From the NCBI GenBank assembly GCA_905181735.1, contig CAJIYR010000008.1, positions 154,214 through 218,213 of the forward strand: DNA of 64,000 bases. The letters are read 5' to 3'. Both the position numbers and the translations under genes were made by a program. Positions within the stretch are counted from its first letter, which is position 1, and every line of letters begins with the position of its first letter. This document shows, piece after piece, positions 1-10,752 of the stretch. The notes under the pieces are model-generated. The model was not told the origin of the DNA, did no database searches, and saw only the letters and a list, made by a program, of their open reading frames with translations. This DNA comes from an uncultured Hyphomicrobiales bacterium (lineage in GTDB: Bacteria; Pseudomonadota; Alphaproteobacteria; Rhizobiales; TMED25).

Positions 1-963
1 AACAATACCATTTGAATAAGTTATAATCATCATGGAGCCAAATAACGTATAGATATTCATTAAGTTATAATAGATTATAACCCCCATTACAATTGAACCT
101 AGAATTCCTCCAAAAACACCTATCTTAATCAATTTCAGAGAACCGATTCTTTCTGACAATCTTGCTGCGGTAAAGCTACCAAGCATAAAAGCTACAGAAA
201 TTGGTATAAAAGCAAAACCATATTGCGTTGGGCTAAACTCTAAAACCTTAATTATTATAAAAGGAGCTACAGCTAGAAAAGTAAAAAACATCGAATTAGC
301 ACAGGCCATTGTCAATGTAAAAAGTACGAATTTACGAATTCTCAATAAAATAATAAAATTAAATAACAATGTTTTTATATCACCACGTGATCTGTTGTCT
401 ATGTTTGTTTCTTTTATGCCACTATATACCATAAAAATTAACAAGATTCCTGTAAAAAATAGTACATAAAAAGAAGATCGCCATCCCACGAAATCTTCTA
501 ATAACCCTCCTAATACAGGGGCTATCATAGGGGCTATGACCATAACTGTAGTCACGTACCCTAAGGCACTTGCAGCTTTTTCTCTACCGTATACATCTCT
601 TACAATTGCCCTGCCGAGGACTACACCAGAAACACCTCCTAAAGCCTGTATAAACCTTCCAAAAATAAGCATTTCAATTGTCGGTGCAATAGAGCAAATT
701 ATTGAACCAACAATAAATACAAATATACCAATCATTAGGATTGATCTTCGACCATATGCATCTGATAAAGTTCCAATAATTAATTGACCGATTGCCATAG
801 CCGCAATAAATGCTGTTATAACCAATTGTGCGCTAGAATAAGCAACATCAAAATTCTCAGAAATACTCGGTAATGATGGTACGATAATATTTAGAGTAAA
901 AGGAGCTAATCCGGTAACAGCTGCTAATGCTAATATTGAAGGGGGCTTCTGTATTTTTCTCAT
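1..963 (-). CDS. MFS transporter, Bcr/CflA drug-resistance subfamily (C-terminal end lies outside the window)
   Basis: Not in the ORF track because it is partial. My own reverse-strand translation from the ATG at 961-963 gives MRKIQKPPSILALAAVTGLAPFTLNIIVPSLP...GQLIIGTLSDAYGRRSILMIG...GRFIQALGG... The frame stays open to base 1. It has many hydrophobic segments and the MFS D-x-x-G-R-R loop motif. Confidence 0.8.
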   Translation of the reverse strand, partial: MRKIQKPPSILALAAVTGLAPFTLNIIVPSLPSISENFDVAYSSAQLVITAFIAAMAIGQLIIGTLSDAYGRRSILMIGIFVFIVGSIICSIAPTIEMLIFGRFIQALGGVSGVVLGRAIVRDVYGREKAASALGYVTTVMVIAPMIAPVLGGLLEDFVGWRSSFYVLFFTGILLIFMVYSGIKETNIDNRSRGDIKTLLFNFIILLRIRKFVLFTLTMACANSMFFTFLAVAPFIIIKVLEFSPTQYGFAFIPISVAFMLGSFTAARLSERIGSLKLIKIGVFGGILGSIVMGVIIYYNLMNIYTLFGSMMIITYSNGIV

Positions 964-981
964 AAGTACCTGACTTCTAAT

Positions 982-2361
982 TCAAACAGTATTTGCAAAT
1001 AAAACACTGTCGATATTTTTAGACCAATCTTTGTTATACATTTTTAACATATAATTAGCTGAGGTCTCCTTCTTTTCTATGATTGAAAACAATGGGTCTA
1101 AATATTTTTCTTCAGACTCCCCTTGAATATTAAAAATTCTCCGTGATGAAAGTCCCTTTGAAGATAATTCTAGTATTTCCAAGAGAACCTTATCTATTTT
1201 TTTGGATCTGAATATAGAATTTAAACCAAATCGCATTACGTTTTTCCTTAATTCAACAATTTCATCAAATGTCCAGTCAGAGGTTAAATCACATACCGAT
1301 TGTAGTGAATTAGAGTCGTACAATAATCCTACCCAAAAAGATGATAGGGCTATTATCATATCAGGCATACCAACGTCTGCTCCCCTCATTTCAATAAATT
1401 GTTTTAGCCTCACTTCAGGGAACAATGTTGTTAAATGATTAGACCAATCGTCTAGTGTTGGGTAAATTAATTTACCTGATTGAGCTTTAAATCCGTTATT
1501 CATAAAATCTCTAAAAGTTATTTTATTTACAGGTAGATAATCTCTGTCTCTATATAAAAAATACATAGGAATATCCAATGCATAATCCATATATTTCTCA
1601 AAAGACATTGATTTATCGAATGCAAATGGTAAAAAACCAGTTCTTCCAGCGTCTGTATTCGTCCATACCCTTGATCTATAACTAATATAACCTGAGTTCT
1701 TATTTTCATAAAAAGGACTGTTTGCAAATAATGCCGTAGCCAAGGGCTGTAAAGCAAGACCAACCCTTAATTTATTAACCATATCAATCTCGCTGCTATA
1801 ATCTAAATTCACTTGAACTGTTGAAGTACGATGCATCATATCTAGCCCCATGGAGCCAACAGATTGCATATATTCCCTCATAATATCGTATCTTTTCTTA
1901 GGCATTTTAGGCATTTGATTTAGCTTCCAGGAAGGTGCAAATCCAATGTTCAAGAAATCAATACCAAGCTCCTCTCCAATAACCTTTACTTCTCTTAGGT
2001 GAGTAAAAAGCTCATTATTTGTTTCATGAATATTACCCAATGGGGCTCCAGATAATTCTATTTGACCAGCAGGCTCTATTGATACATTCCTGTCTGATTT
2101 ATACTTATCGCACAAACCAACCACTTTTCCATTTTCATGAATTGGCAACCAATCAAACCTTTCAGATAAATTTTCTAACAACGATCTTACGCCACTTGGG
2201 CCATCGTATTGGAGAGGAAGCAGTGAGTCTTTATAATAAGCAAATTTTTCATGCTCTGTTCCTATAGCCCACGCACTTTTCGGCTTAGAACCAGATTCAA
2301 AATATGTTATTAGATCCTGGTAGGTTAAGTTTTTCTCTAATGATTCGATGTTATTTTCCAT
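982..2361 (-). CDS. gshA: glutamate--cysteine ligase, plant/alphaproteobacterial type (GCS2 family)
   Basis: About 460 aa with GTEHEKF, IEPAGQIELSGAP and FPEVRLKQFIEMRGAD motifs. I prefer the ATG at 2359-2361 (MENNIESL) over the upstream TTG at 2385. Confidence 0.85.
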   Translation of the reverse strand: MENNIESLEKNLTYQDLITYFESGSKPKSAWAIGTEHEKFAYYKDSLLPLQYDGPSGVRSLLENLSERFDWLPIHENGKVVGLCDKYKSDRNVSIEPAGQIELSGAPLGNIHETNNELFTHLREVKVIGEELGIDFLNIGFAPSWKLNQMPKMPKKRYDIMREYMQSVGSMGLDMMHRTSTVQVNLDYSSEIDMVNKLRVGLALQPLATALFANSPFYENKNSGYISYRSRVWTNTDAGRTGFLPFAFDKSMSFEKYMDYALDIPMYFLYRDRDYLPVNKITFRDFMNNGFKAQSGKLIYPTLDDWSNHLTTLFPEVRLKQFIEMRGADVGMPDMIIALSSFWVGLLYDSNSLQSVCDLTSDWTFDEIVELRKNVMRFGLNSIFRSKKIDKVLLEILELSSKGLSSRRIFNIQGESEEKYLDPLFSIIEKKETSANYMLKMYNKDWSKNIDSVLFANTV

Positions 2362-2425
2362 GAATATAGCAATACACAATTCCAAATTTATTTCTATATC
2401 TTTTTTATATTATTTGAGAAATTTA

Positions 2426-3178
2426 TTAACTTGAATACCAGTCACCCCATGCAGATTGTATTAAGCTAATAGCTGCTATAGCAGCAGTATCTGCTCTTAA
2501 AATTCTTGGACCGAGAGAAATTCTTAAAACTTTATTAGAGGCAAGAATCCTTTGTCTTTCCTTATCTGAAAAGCCCCCCTCAGGACCAATGAAAATAGAT
2601 ATACTATCTTCTCTAAGATTTTTTAATGCCACATAAGGATTGATATTTTCTGCAATTTCATCTGCGAAAATTATTATATGTTCCTCTTTCCAATTTGCAA
2701 GCAATCTACTTAAACTTATCTCGTTATGAATTTTTGGTAATTGCAATAGACCGCATTGCTCAGCAGCCTCTTTAATACGCGCTTGTATTCTAATGGTATT
2801 AACGGTTCTAACGTCTGTAAATTCTGTTATAATTGGGGTTATATCAGAAACACCTAACTCTGTTAATTTTTCAATTGTATAATTATATCTATTAAACTTT
2901 AAGGGAGCGCAATAGCAATGTATTTTAGGATAATACTCTTGCTTTCTTACTTGCAATAGTATTGAGATACTAATGCCTTCTTTTGTTATTTCATCTACTC
3001 TTGCAGTCCACTCACCTTCCTTACCATTAAAAACAAGGAGCTCTTCACCAGACCTAATTCTCATAACATTTTTTAGATAATGCGAGTCAGACTTGCCTAG
3101 AAATATTTTATGACCAGAAAGTAATTTATCACTTAAATAGAGTCTAATATTTTTTATTAGATTAGATTTCATATACAA
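2426..3178 (-). CDS. rsmE: 16S rRNA (uracil1498-N3)-methyltransferase RsmE
   Basis: 250 aa with the C-terminal SPOUT motifs IGPEGGFSDKE and LGPRILRADTAAIAAIS. Confidence 0.85.
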   Translation of the reverse strand: MYMKSNLIKNIRLYLSDKLLSGHKIFLGKSDSHYLKNVMRIRSGEELLVFNGKEGEWTARVDEITKEGISISILLQVRKQEYYPKIHCYCAPLKFNRYNYTIEKLTELGVSDITPIITEFTDVRTVNTIRIQARIKEAAEQCGLLQLPKIHNEISLSRLLANWKEEHIIIFADEIAENINPYVALKNLREDSISIFIGPEGGFSDKERQRILASNKVLRISLGPRILRADTAAIAAISLIQSAWGDWYSS

Positions 3179-3280
3179 CTCTCTACTTGTTTGTTATAAA
3201 AGGTTATTATAAAATTCATTTATAATTTAAAAACAGTTTACTTCTAATGAAAAAAATCTTTCAAAATAATATCTAATCCT

Positions 3281-4159
3281 ATGAAAAACAAATTACAAAA
3301 TAATTTGAAATATTATATACAAATTTCAAGATTTGATAAACCAATTGGTTGGTGGCTATTATTTATTCCATGTATTTATAGCCTAGGATTAGCTTCAGTT
3401 AAATACAATTCATATCCTGATTTATACTTGATATTTTTATTTTTAATAGGCTCAATAATAATGAGAGCGGTAGGCTGCATTTTTAATGACATAATAGATA
3501 GGAGAATAGATGCAAAAGTTGAAAGAACTAAGAACAGGCCTTTAGCAAGCAATAAGATTACCTTGTCAGAAGCGTTATTTCTTATGTTTATATTATCCTT
3601 AATAGGCCTTTCGGTATTATTGCAATTTAACAGCTTAACCATACTAATTGGACTTTCTTCTATTATCACAATAATTATATATCCATTTATGAAAAGAATA
3701 ACATATTGGCCTCAATTATTTCTAGGAATATCATTTAATTGGGGTGCGCTAGTTGGATGGACATCCATAAGCAATAATATCTCCATTGAAATGATATTCG
3801 TTTATTTTGCATGCCTTTTTTGGACACTCGGTTATGACACAATATATGGTTACCAGGACATTGAAGACGATAAAAAAATTGGTATAAAATCAACTTCAAG
3901 ATTATTTGGCAAAGAAACAAAAAAACATATTTGGTTTTTCTATTTTATTAAATATTTTTTACTAATAAACGTAATGTATATAGTTAATGTGAATATTATT
4001 AGCTATTCTTTTCTTCTTATTGCAATCACATACACAGCAAAGTTAATAAAAAATGTAGATATACAAAATCCAGATTCATGTTTAATTTTCTTTAAGAAGA
4101 ATCGTAATATTGGTTTGATAAACTTTCTAGCGATTTCTCTTTCTGTATTTATAGGTTAA
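3281..4159 (+). CDS. ubiA: 4-hydroxybenzoate polyprenyltransferase (UbiA family)
   Basis: Asp-rich motifs NDIIDRRIDAKVERTKNRPLAS and YDTIYGYQDIEDD. Multi-pass membrane protein of 292 aa. Confidence 0.85.
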   Translation: MKNKLQNNLKYYIQISRFDKPIGWWLLFIPCIYSLGLASVKYNSYPDLYLIFLFLIGSIIMRAVGCIFNDIIDRRIDAKVERTKNRPLASNKITLSEALFLMFILSLIGLSVLLQFNSLTILIGLSSIITIIIYPFMKRITYWPQLFLGISFNWGALVGWTSISNNISIEMIFVYFACLFWTLGYDTIYGYQDIEDDKKIGIKSTSRLFGKETKKHIWFFYFIKYFLLINVMYIVNVNIISYSFLLIAITYTAKLIKNVDIQNPDSCLIFFKKNRNIGLINFLAISLSVFIG

Positions 4160-4173
4160 ACTAATAAAATAAT

Positions 4174-5457
4174 ATGAGTATAATTAGTAAAAAAATTCTA
4201 TTTTTATATATTGCTGCCACTTCTGTTTTTGGAATATTAATAAATATTTATTTGTTATGCAGAATATTTAAAAATAAAGAAAACAAAGAGAGTGCTCAAC
4301 AAAAATCATTTAATAATGTTAAGCAGAGACCTCCAGGAACTTTAATTTGGATACACGCATCAAGCGTTGGAGAATCTCTATCTTCAATTCCTTTAATTGA
4401 ATTGATAATTAAAAATAAAACTTTTGACCATATATTACTCACAACATCAACGATTACATCAAAAGCAATTATAGAAAAAAGAATTTCTAGCAAAGTATTG
4501 CACCAATATCTTCCTCTTGATACTATTTTCCTGGCTAAAAGATTTCTGAATCATTGGAAGCCTAACTCAATAGCGTTTATTGAATCCGAGATTTGGCCGA
4601 ATTTCTTCCAACAAATAAAAAAAATAGATGTGCCATTCTATATAATAAATGCAAGAATGTCGGAAAAATCATATAGTAAATGGAGGAAATACAACACTGT
4701 AGCTCAAGAATTATTAAGTACAGCAGATATTATTTTTGCTCAAGATAGCACTGCTGAATTAAAATTTAAAAGCCTAGGTGTATCTAATATATGCAATATT
4801 GGAAACATAAAATTTGATAGCAACCCCTTGCCTGTAGATATAATCAAATATAATTCATTAAAAGCAGAGGTCGATAAGAAAATTATATTCGTTGCTGGCT
4901 CAACTCATAAAATTGAAAATTTTGAAATTGTTAAAATACATAAAGTTCTATCAAAAAAGATTAATAACTTAATGACAATAATTGTTCCTAGACAGTTACA
5001 TGAGATTCATACATTAGAAAAATTCATGCTAGAAAATAACATACCATACTCGAAAAAATCAGATAGAAAAGATAAGACTAATATTAAAAATTTGCTCATT
5101 GTAGATACAATGGGTGATCTTGGTCTTTATTATAAAATAGCTAACGTTGCCTTTATTGGAGGATCTTTAGTAAATAAAGGTGGCCAGAATCCAATTGAAG
5201 CTTTGCAATTTAATTGCCCTATTTTACACGGGAAGTATACCTCTAATTTTCATGAAATTTATAGAAACTTAGATAGATTAGGCGGATCTATAAAGGTAAA
5301 TAATCAAAAAGAACTTGAGGAAAATTTAATAAAATTAATAAAAGATACAAAAATTATAAAAAATATGAAAAGGGCTAGTGCGAATTTAATTAAACTTAAT
5401 CAAGGTGCTTCTGTTGTTATAGAAAAAATTTTTTCATTGGATACAAAAAGGAATTAA
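4174..5457 (+). CDS. waaA: 3-deoxy-D-manno-octulosonic acid (Kdo) transferase
   Basis: N-terminal membrane anchor, IWIHASSVGE motif, and C-terminal GGSLVNKGGQNPIEA. 427 aa, directly upstream of lpxK. Confidence 0.85.
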   Translation: MSIISKKILFLYIAATSVFGILINIYLLCRIFKNKENKESAQQKSFNNVKQRPPGTLIWIHASSVGESLSSIPLIELIIKNKTFDHILLTTSTITSKAIIEKRISSKVLHQYLPLDTIFLAKRFLNHWKPNSIAFIESEIWPNFFQQIKKIDVPFYIINARMSEKSYSKWRKYNTVAQELLSTADIIFAQDSTAELKFKSLGVSNICNIGNIKFDSNPLPVDIIKYNSLKAEVDKKIIFVAGSTHKIENFEIVKIHKVLSKKINNLMTIIVPRQLHEIHTLEKFMLENNIPYSKKSDRKDKTNIKNLLIVDTMGDLGLYYKIANVAFIGGSLVNKGGQNPIEALQFNCPILHGKYTSNFHEIYRNLDRLGGSIKVNNQKELEENLIKLIKDTKIIKNMKRASANLIKLNQGASVVIEKIFSLDTKRN

Positions 5458-5461
5458 AATA

Positions 5462-6478
5462 TTGAGAGAACCACAATTTTGGAAAAGTAAAAATTACCTG
5501 TCATTATCATTATTACCTATTGGATTAATGTATCATTTGATTTTGATGTTTAAATTCATCCTAATTGTACCTAAAAAAACAATCAAACCTGTCATATCTA
5601 TTGGTAGTCCTGTAATAGGTGGCGGTGGGAAAACACCTACAGTAATATCAATAACAAATTTACTTTTATCAAATAATTATAAAAGTATTTCTATTATATC
5701 CAGAGGCTATAAAGGAAAAGAATTAGGCCCCCTAGAAGTACAAAAATACTATAGCGCAGAGGAAGTTGGAGACGAAGCCTTACTCTTGTCGATGGTAACA
5801 AAAACATATGTATCAAAAGATAAAACAAAAGGGATTGAATTTGCCATTAAAAACGGTTCATCAATTTTATTGCTTGATGATGGTTATCATAACCCAAGTG
5901 TAAAAAAAGATATCTCAATACTAGTCATAGATGGAATGGTTAATCTCGGAAATAATATGATTTTTCCATCCGGCCCACTTAAAGAAGGGTTTAAATCTCA
6001 ACTAAAAAGATGCGATGCAATAATTGTAATAAATAAAAAATATATTGATAAATATCTATTGGAAAAAATAATAAATTCTAAAAAAACCATCATTAACACT
6101 AAAATAAATTATTTTCATAAAATTAAAAACTTAAAAAATAAGAAAATTATTGGATTATGTGGAATAGGTTCCCCAGTTAAGTTCTTTAATGCATTAAAAA
6201 ATTTAAGATTTAAGATAATAAAGAAAGTTATTTTTAGCAATCATCATCTTTATTCAAAAAAAGAGGTCTTATCCTTAATTGAATTATTAGATAACAATCC
6301 AGAATATTCCATGATAACAACAGAAAAAGATTATGTAAGGTTTAACAATAACAATGACCCACTATCAAAGCTAAGAGATAGATTAAATGTATTAAAAATG
6401 GAAATAGAAATATTAGAAGAAGATAAACATATGATATTGGACCTTATCGAGAACAAAATACAATCGTACAAAAATTAA
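5462..6478 (+). CDS. lpxK: tetraacyldisaccharide 4'-kinase
   Basis: P-loop GGGGKTP, plus ISRGYKG and LLDDGYHN motifs. TTG start, 4 nt after waaA. Confidence 0.85.
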   Translation: MREPQFWKSKNYLSLSLLPIGLMYHLILMFKFILIVPKKTIKPVISIGSPVIGGGGKTPTVISITNLLLSNNYKSISIISRGYKGKELGPLEVQKYYSAEEVGDEALLLSMVTKTYVSKDKTKGIEFAIKNGSSILLLDDGYHNPSVKKDISILVIDGMVNLGNNMIFPSGPLKEGFKSQLKRCDAIIVINKKYIDKYLLEKIINSKKTIINTKINYFHKIKNLKNKKIIGLCGIGSPVKFFNALKNLRFKIIKKVIFSNHHLYSKKEVLSLIELLDNNPEYSMITTEKDYVRFNNNNDPLSKLRDRLNVLKMEIEILEEDKHMILDLIENKIQSYKN

Positions 6479-6714
6479 ATTTCATCCTTGTAACTCTTAA
6501 GTGCTATGTCAGCACTCTCATAAGCTTCTTGCTTATCTACATTCCAATATTTTAAATCTTCTATATCAATTGGATTTCCAGTAACTGCACACATAACATA
6601 ATCTCCGGGAGTAACAATGTCGAACTCACCATGAGAATATCTTAAAATAGCCACTGATTTAAAATTATATTTGTTATTATTTTCCATTTTTACTTTTTTA
6701 CTTTTAAAAAACAC
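6475..6714 (-). CDS. DUF2093-like small conserved alphaproteobacterial protein
   Basis: ILRYSHGEFDIVTPGDYVMCAVTGNPIDIEDLKYWNVDKQEAYES resembles the DUF2093 signature as I remember it. The likely start is the internal MENNNKY. Its stop codon overlaps the lpxK stop (TTAA). Confidence 0.6.
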   Translation of the reverse strand: MFFKSKKVKMENNNKYNFKSVAILRYSHGEFDIVTPGDYVMCAVTGNPIDIEDLKYWNVDKQEAYESADIALKSYKDEI

Positions 6715-6734
6715 ATTAGCTTAAATTGTATGTA

Positions 6735-8114
6735 TCATATTTTAGTAGAATTTTCTTTCTTTACAAGAATACTCACAGGGCCGTCTATGAATACAATATT
6801 TAATTCTTTATTTTGAATTGCTTCGTCTTTAGTTCTTATGATATTAGCATTATTGTCTTGTATTAAACCAAACCCCCTTGAAAGAACGCTTTTGTAGCTT
6901 AGTGAGTATAATAATCTTGACCTAGATTCAAGCGTTTTATTGTCTTGGTTAATAATATTTTTTATTGATTTTTTTAGCATTTGTCCTATTAAATCTGACT
7001 TATCTTTTGCATCATGGATGTTTCGTAAAAGATGATTTTTAGAAATATGCTCTTTTAAAAAATTAAAGTTTTTCCAATTTTCTTCAATAATTTTTTCAAA
7101 TGATCTTACAAAACTTTCAATAATCTTATCGAAACGTTGTTGGTATAAATCAAGGACATTAGAATATCTTGCAATTCTAAAAGAGAACAAATTATAATTA
7201 TTTCTTTTAAACAGAATTAAATCTTTAAACAATTTCTCATTCTTACCGCTAATCTCAGATAACCGTGAGTTAAAGTCAGAATATTTAAGAATAGCCATCT
7301 CAGCCGCTGCAGTAGGTGTTGACGCTCTTTTGTCAGCAACAAAGTCAATCAACGTCCAATCATATTCATGTCCTACACCTGAAATAATTGGTATCTTTGA
7401 ATTATAAACTGCACGAATTATTAATTCATCATTAAATCCCCATAAATCTTCCAGAGACCCTCCTCCTCTAGAAACAATAATAATATCTGGTTTATCGATC
7501 TTCGAATCTTGTCCTATGTTATTTAATTTTTCTATTGCATTAGCAACTTCAATTGGACATTTATCTCCTTGAACGCTAACTGGGAACACTAAAATATTAA
7601 CAGGCATTCTTTCTGAAAATTTCTTTAGTATATCTGTTAAAGCCGCACCATTTTCAGATGTAATTATAGCTATATCTTTTGGGAAATAAGGAAGTGATAT
7701 TTTGTCATCTTCCAAAAAAAGCCCTTCTTTTATAAACTTTCTTTTGCGCTCTTCAAATAAAGCCATTAAAGCACCCTCGCCAGATGGCTCAATTCTTTCA
7801 ATAATTATTTGATATGATGACGTTCCCGGATAAGTTGTAATTCTTCCGGTAGCAATAACCTCTAAACCTTCCTCTGGCCTAAAGCTTAAACTATTATATG
7901 CCCCACGCCATATAATGGCTTTTACTATTGCTCCAGTATCTTTTAAGCTAAAATAATGATGCCCCGATGAGTGAGCACCCTTATAACCAGAAATTTCACC
8001 TTTTAATTTTACATAACCGTATTTATTTTCGATGGTTTTTTTAACATCGTTAGAAAATTCACTGACCGTGAATTCTTGTATATTATTTTGATAATCAATT
8101 TCAGAGTTATGCAT
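6735..8114 (-). CDS. xseA: exodeoxyribonuclease VII large subunit
   Basis: N-terminal OB fold, then SRGGGSLEDLWGFNDE and GHEYDWTLIDFVADKRASTPTAAAE motifs. 459 aa. Confidence 0.9.
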   Translation of the reverse strand: MHNSEIDYQNNIQEFTVSEFSNDVKKTIENKYGYVKLKGEISGYKGAHSSGHHYFSLKDTGAIVKAIIWRGAYNSLSFRPEEGLEVIATGRITTYPGTSSYQIIIERIEPSGEGALMALFEERKRKFIKEGLFLEDDKISLPYFPKDIAIITSENGAALTDILKKFSERMPVNILVFPVSVQGDKCPIEVANAIEKLNNIGQDSKIDKPDIIIVSRGGGSLEDLWGFNDELIIRAVYNSKIPIISGVGHEYDWTLIDFVADKRASTPTAAAEMAILKYSDFNSRLSEISGKNEKLFKDLILFKRNNYNLFSFRIARYSNVLDLYQQRFDKIIESFVRSFEKIIEENWKNFNFLKEHISKNHLLRNIHDAKDKSDLIGQMLKKSIKNIINQDNKTLESRSRLLYSLSYKSVLSRGFGLIQDNNANIIRTKDEAIQNKELNIVFIDGPVSILVKKENSTKI

Positions 8115-8208
8115 AAGAACCTATGTGAAAAAAATTTCTTTTTTAGTGATGTTAAAGTAATATAATAACAAATCAATAATAACATAAATATTAAGTTAAA
8201 TAACTACT

Positions 8209-9471
8209 ATGAAAATTTTAATAATAGGCAATGGTGGAAGAGAACATGCGATTGCGAGATCTATTTATCTAAGTTCTATTCCAAATCAAATCTATGCAAT
8301 ACCTGGTAACCCAGGAATAATGCAGTACGCAGAATGTTTAAACATTAGCTCTGAAAACCACAAAGATATTTGCAATTTTTCAATAAGAAATAATATTGAT
8401 CTTGTTATAATAGGCCCTGAAATCCAAATATGCAATGGGTTGTCAGACGAACTTACAAAATATAATATAAAAGTTTTTGCTCCATCAAAGATTGCATCTC
8501 AACTCGAATCATCAAAGAGCTTTACAAAAGAAATTGCCTATAAGAACAATATACCTACAGCCGCCTATAAGCGTTTTACCGAAAGAGATAGAGCTTTGAA
8601 ATATCTTAATTTATTAGGTACGCCAATAGTTATAAAGACTGACGGACTTGCTGCTGGAAAGGGAGTATTTATTTGCGAATCGAAAAAAGAAGCAAGTGAA
8701 TCGATAAGTGAGATTTTTAGTGGAAAATTTTCAGATAACCCATCTCTCATAATTGAAGAATTTTTAAAAGGGGAAGAAGCAAGTTTCTTTGCTTTAGTAG
8801 ATGGAAAAAATATTCAACCCTTAATTGGAGCTCAAGATCATAAAAGATTACTTGAAGGTGACAAAGGTCCTAATACAGGTGGAATGGGGGCTTATACACC
8901 AACACCAGTATTGACAAATAATATAATAGACCAAGTGATGAATAAAATTATTGAACCGACAGTTAGTGCTATGAATAAAAACAATACGCCTTATAAAGGT
9001 GTATTGTTTGCAGGTTTAATGGTTACAGAAAAAGGACCTGAATTAATTGAATATAATATTAGATTTGGAGACCCAGAAACACAGGCGATGTTAATGCTAC
9101 TTAAATCAGATTTATTATCAATTATGTTAGATACAGTTAACGGGGAGCTTAAAAATACAAAAGTTGAATGGAAAGATGAAACATCATTAACCGTTGTTCT
9201 TGCAAACAAAGGCTATCCTCTTAATTATAAAACAGATTCCATTATCACTGGAATAGAAGACGCTGAAAAAGATAAAAATATAAAAGTTTTTCATGCTGGA
9301 ACAAGGCTTGAAAATAATGAACTAATTGCAAGCGGCGGACGTGTTCTTAATGTAACCGCAACAGGATTATCAATAAAAGAAGCAAGGGAGAAGGCTTACA
9401 ATGCAATTGAAAAAATAAAATTTGAGACCAAATATTTTAGAAAAGACATAGCTTGGAGAGCAATGCCTTAA
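8209..9471 (+). CDS. purD: phosphoribosylamine--glycine ligase
   Basis: MKILIIGNGGREHA, GDKGPNTGGMGAY and EYNIRFGDPE motifs (ATP-grasp). 420 aa. Confidence 0.95.
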   Translation: MKILIIGNGGREHAIARSIYLSSIPNQIYAIPGNPGIMQYAECLNISSENHKDICNFSIRNNIDLVIIGPEIQICNGLSDELTKYNIKVFAPSKIASQLESSKSFTKEIAYKNNIPTAAYKRFTERDRALKYLNLLGTPIVIKTDGLAAGKGVFICESKKEASESISEIFSGKFSDNPSLIIEEFLKGEEASFFALVDGKNIQPLIGAQDHKRLLEGDKGPNTGGMGAYTPTPVLTNNIIDQVMNKIIEPTVSAMNKNNTPYKGVLFAGLMVTEKGPELIEYNIRFGDPETQAMLMLLKSDLLSIMLDTVNGELKNTKVEWKDETSLTVVLANKGYPLNYKTDSIITGIEDAEKDKNIKVFHAGTRLENNELIASGGRVLNVTATGLSIKEAREKAYNAIEKIKFETKYFRKDIAWRAMP

Positions 9472-9953
9472 GCATCACCAGCCAATCTTTTGTTTTTAAA
9501 AAATTTTTTTAATAAACTAACAGAAGCCTCGGCAGATATACCTCCGTAAACCTCTGGTTTATGAAAACAATTATTAGAGTTAAAAAAACGTATTCCATTT
9601 TCTACAGCCCCGTGCTTAATGTCATCAGCGGCATAATACAATCTCCTTATTCTAGCATGGGATATTGCTGATGCGCACATTGAACAAGGTTCTAAAGTGA
9701 CATAGATATCACAATCTATAAGCCTTTCATTATTCATAAACTTTGCAGCTTCTCTAATTGCTAAAATTTCAGCGTGAGCGAGGGGGTCTTTGTTAAATCT
9801 AACAAGATTATGAGCAATTGAGATAATTTGTTTATTTTTATTTAATATCACAGCGCCAATCGGAACTTCATCTAAATCGTATGCTAATCTTGCCTGGGTT
9901 AGTGCAATGGCCATTGGATTTATTTTATTAATCAATTGATTGCTATTTGACAT
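9468..9953 (-). CDS. tadA: tRNA adenosine(34) deaminase
   Basis: Zinc deaminase motifs HAEILAIREA and PCSMCASAI. 161 aa. Confidence 0.9.
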   Translation of the reverse strand: MSNSNQLINKINPMAIALTQARLAYDLDEVPIGAVILNKNKQIISIAHNLVRFNKDPLAHAEILAIREAAKFMNNERLIDCDIYVTLEPCSMCASAISHARIRRLYYAADDIKHGAVENGIRFFNSNNCFHKPEVYGGISAEASVSLLKKFFKNKRLAGDA

Positions 9954-10007
9954 ATCTAAATACTATAGTAGATATAGTTCATATCTTCAAATAATAAGGT
10001 TATAATC

Positions 10008-10751
10008 ATGTTAAATGAGAAACAGCGTATAGCAAAAATAATAGCTAGATCTGGAATATGTTCAAGACGTGATGCTGAAAAACTTATACTAGACAAAAGA
10101 GTTAAACTAAACCACCAAACAATTAATACACCAGCCATACAAGTCACTGATAGCGATGTTATTGAGGTAGATAATATCAAAATTCCTACAATACAAAAAA
10201 CAAAAGCGTGGCTTTGCCATAAACCAGGCGGATATATAACTACATCAAATGACCCGCAAAATAGACGAACGATATTTGAGTTATTACCAAAAGATTTTCC
10301 GAGAGTAATAACTATAGGAAGATTAGATATAAATACCGAAGGCCTAATAATACTTACAAATGATGGGGAACTTGCGAGATTACTTGAATTGCCCAAAACA
10401 GGTTTATTAAGAGTTTATAAAGTAAGGGTATACAAAAGAATAACTGACAATGATCTAAAGAAAATTAGATCCTCTCCAACCGTTGATGGAGTGAGGTATA
10501 ATGTGGAATCCGCAGATATCATAAGCCAAACAAATTCCAACACATGGCTAGAAATAGCTATTAAAGAAGGAAAGAATAGAGAGATTAGGAATATTTTATC
10601 ATTTTTTGATATAAGAATTAACCGGCTAATAAGACAATCATACGGGCCATTCCAACTTGGCAATATTCATAAAGGTGAAATAATAGAAATTCCTGCCCAT
10701 ATATTAAAAAAACAAATATCTTTTATAAAAAAACATTCCACAGCGGTGTAA
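10008..10751 (+). CDS. rRNA pseudouridine synthase, RsuA/RluB family
   Basis: S4 domain (RIAKIIARSGICSRRDAEKLI) followed by the catalytic-Asp motif GRLDINTEGLIILTNDG. Confidence 0.8.
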   Translation: MLNEKQRIAKIIARSGICSRRDAEKLILDKRVKLNHQTINTPAIQVTDSDVIEVDNIKIPTIQKTKAWLCHKPGGYITTSNDPQNRRTIFELLPKDFPRVITIGRLDINTEGLIILTNDGELARLLELPKTGLLRVYKVRVYKRITDNDLKKIRSSPTVDGVRYNVESADIISQTNSNTWLEIAIKEGKNREIRNILSFFDIRINRLIRQSYGPFQLGNIHKGEIIEIPAHILKKQISFIKKHSTAV

Positions 10752-10752
10752 T

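Noticed and set aside
536-787. Track ORFs lying antisense inside well-supported genes, for example 536..787, 9956..10396, 12944..13249, 17694..17996, 33417..33800 and 41383..41739.
   Set aside because: They have low-complexity or odd composition, match no recognisable family, and are fully embedded opposite strongly conserved coding sequence. They are shadow ORFs.
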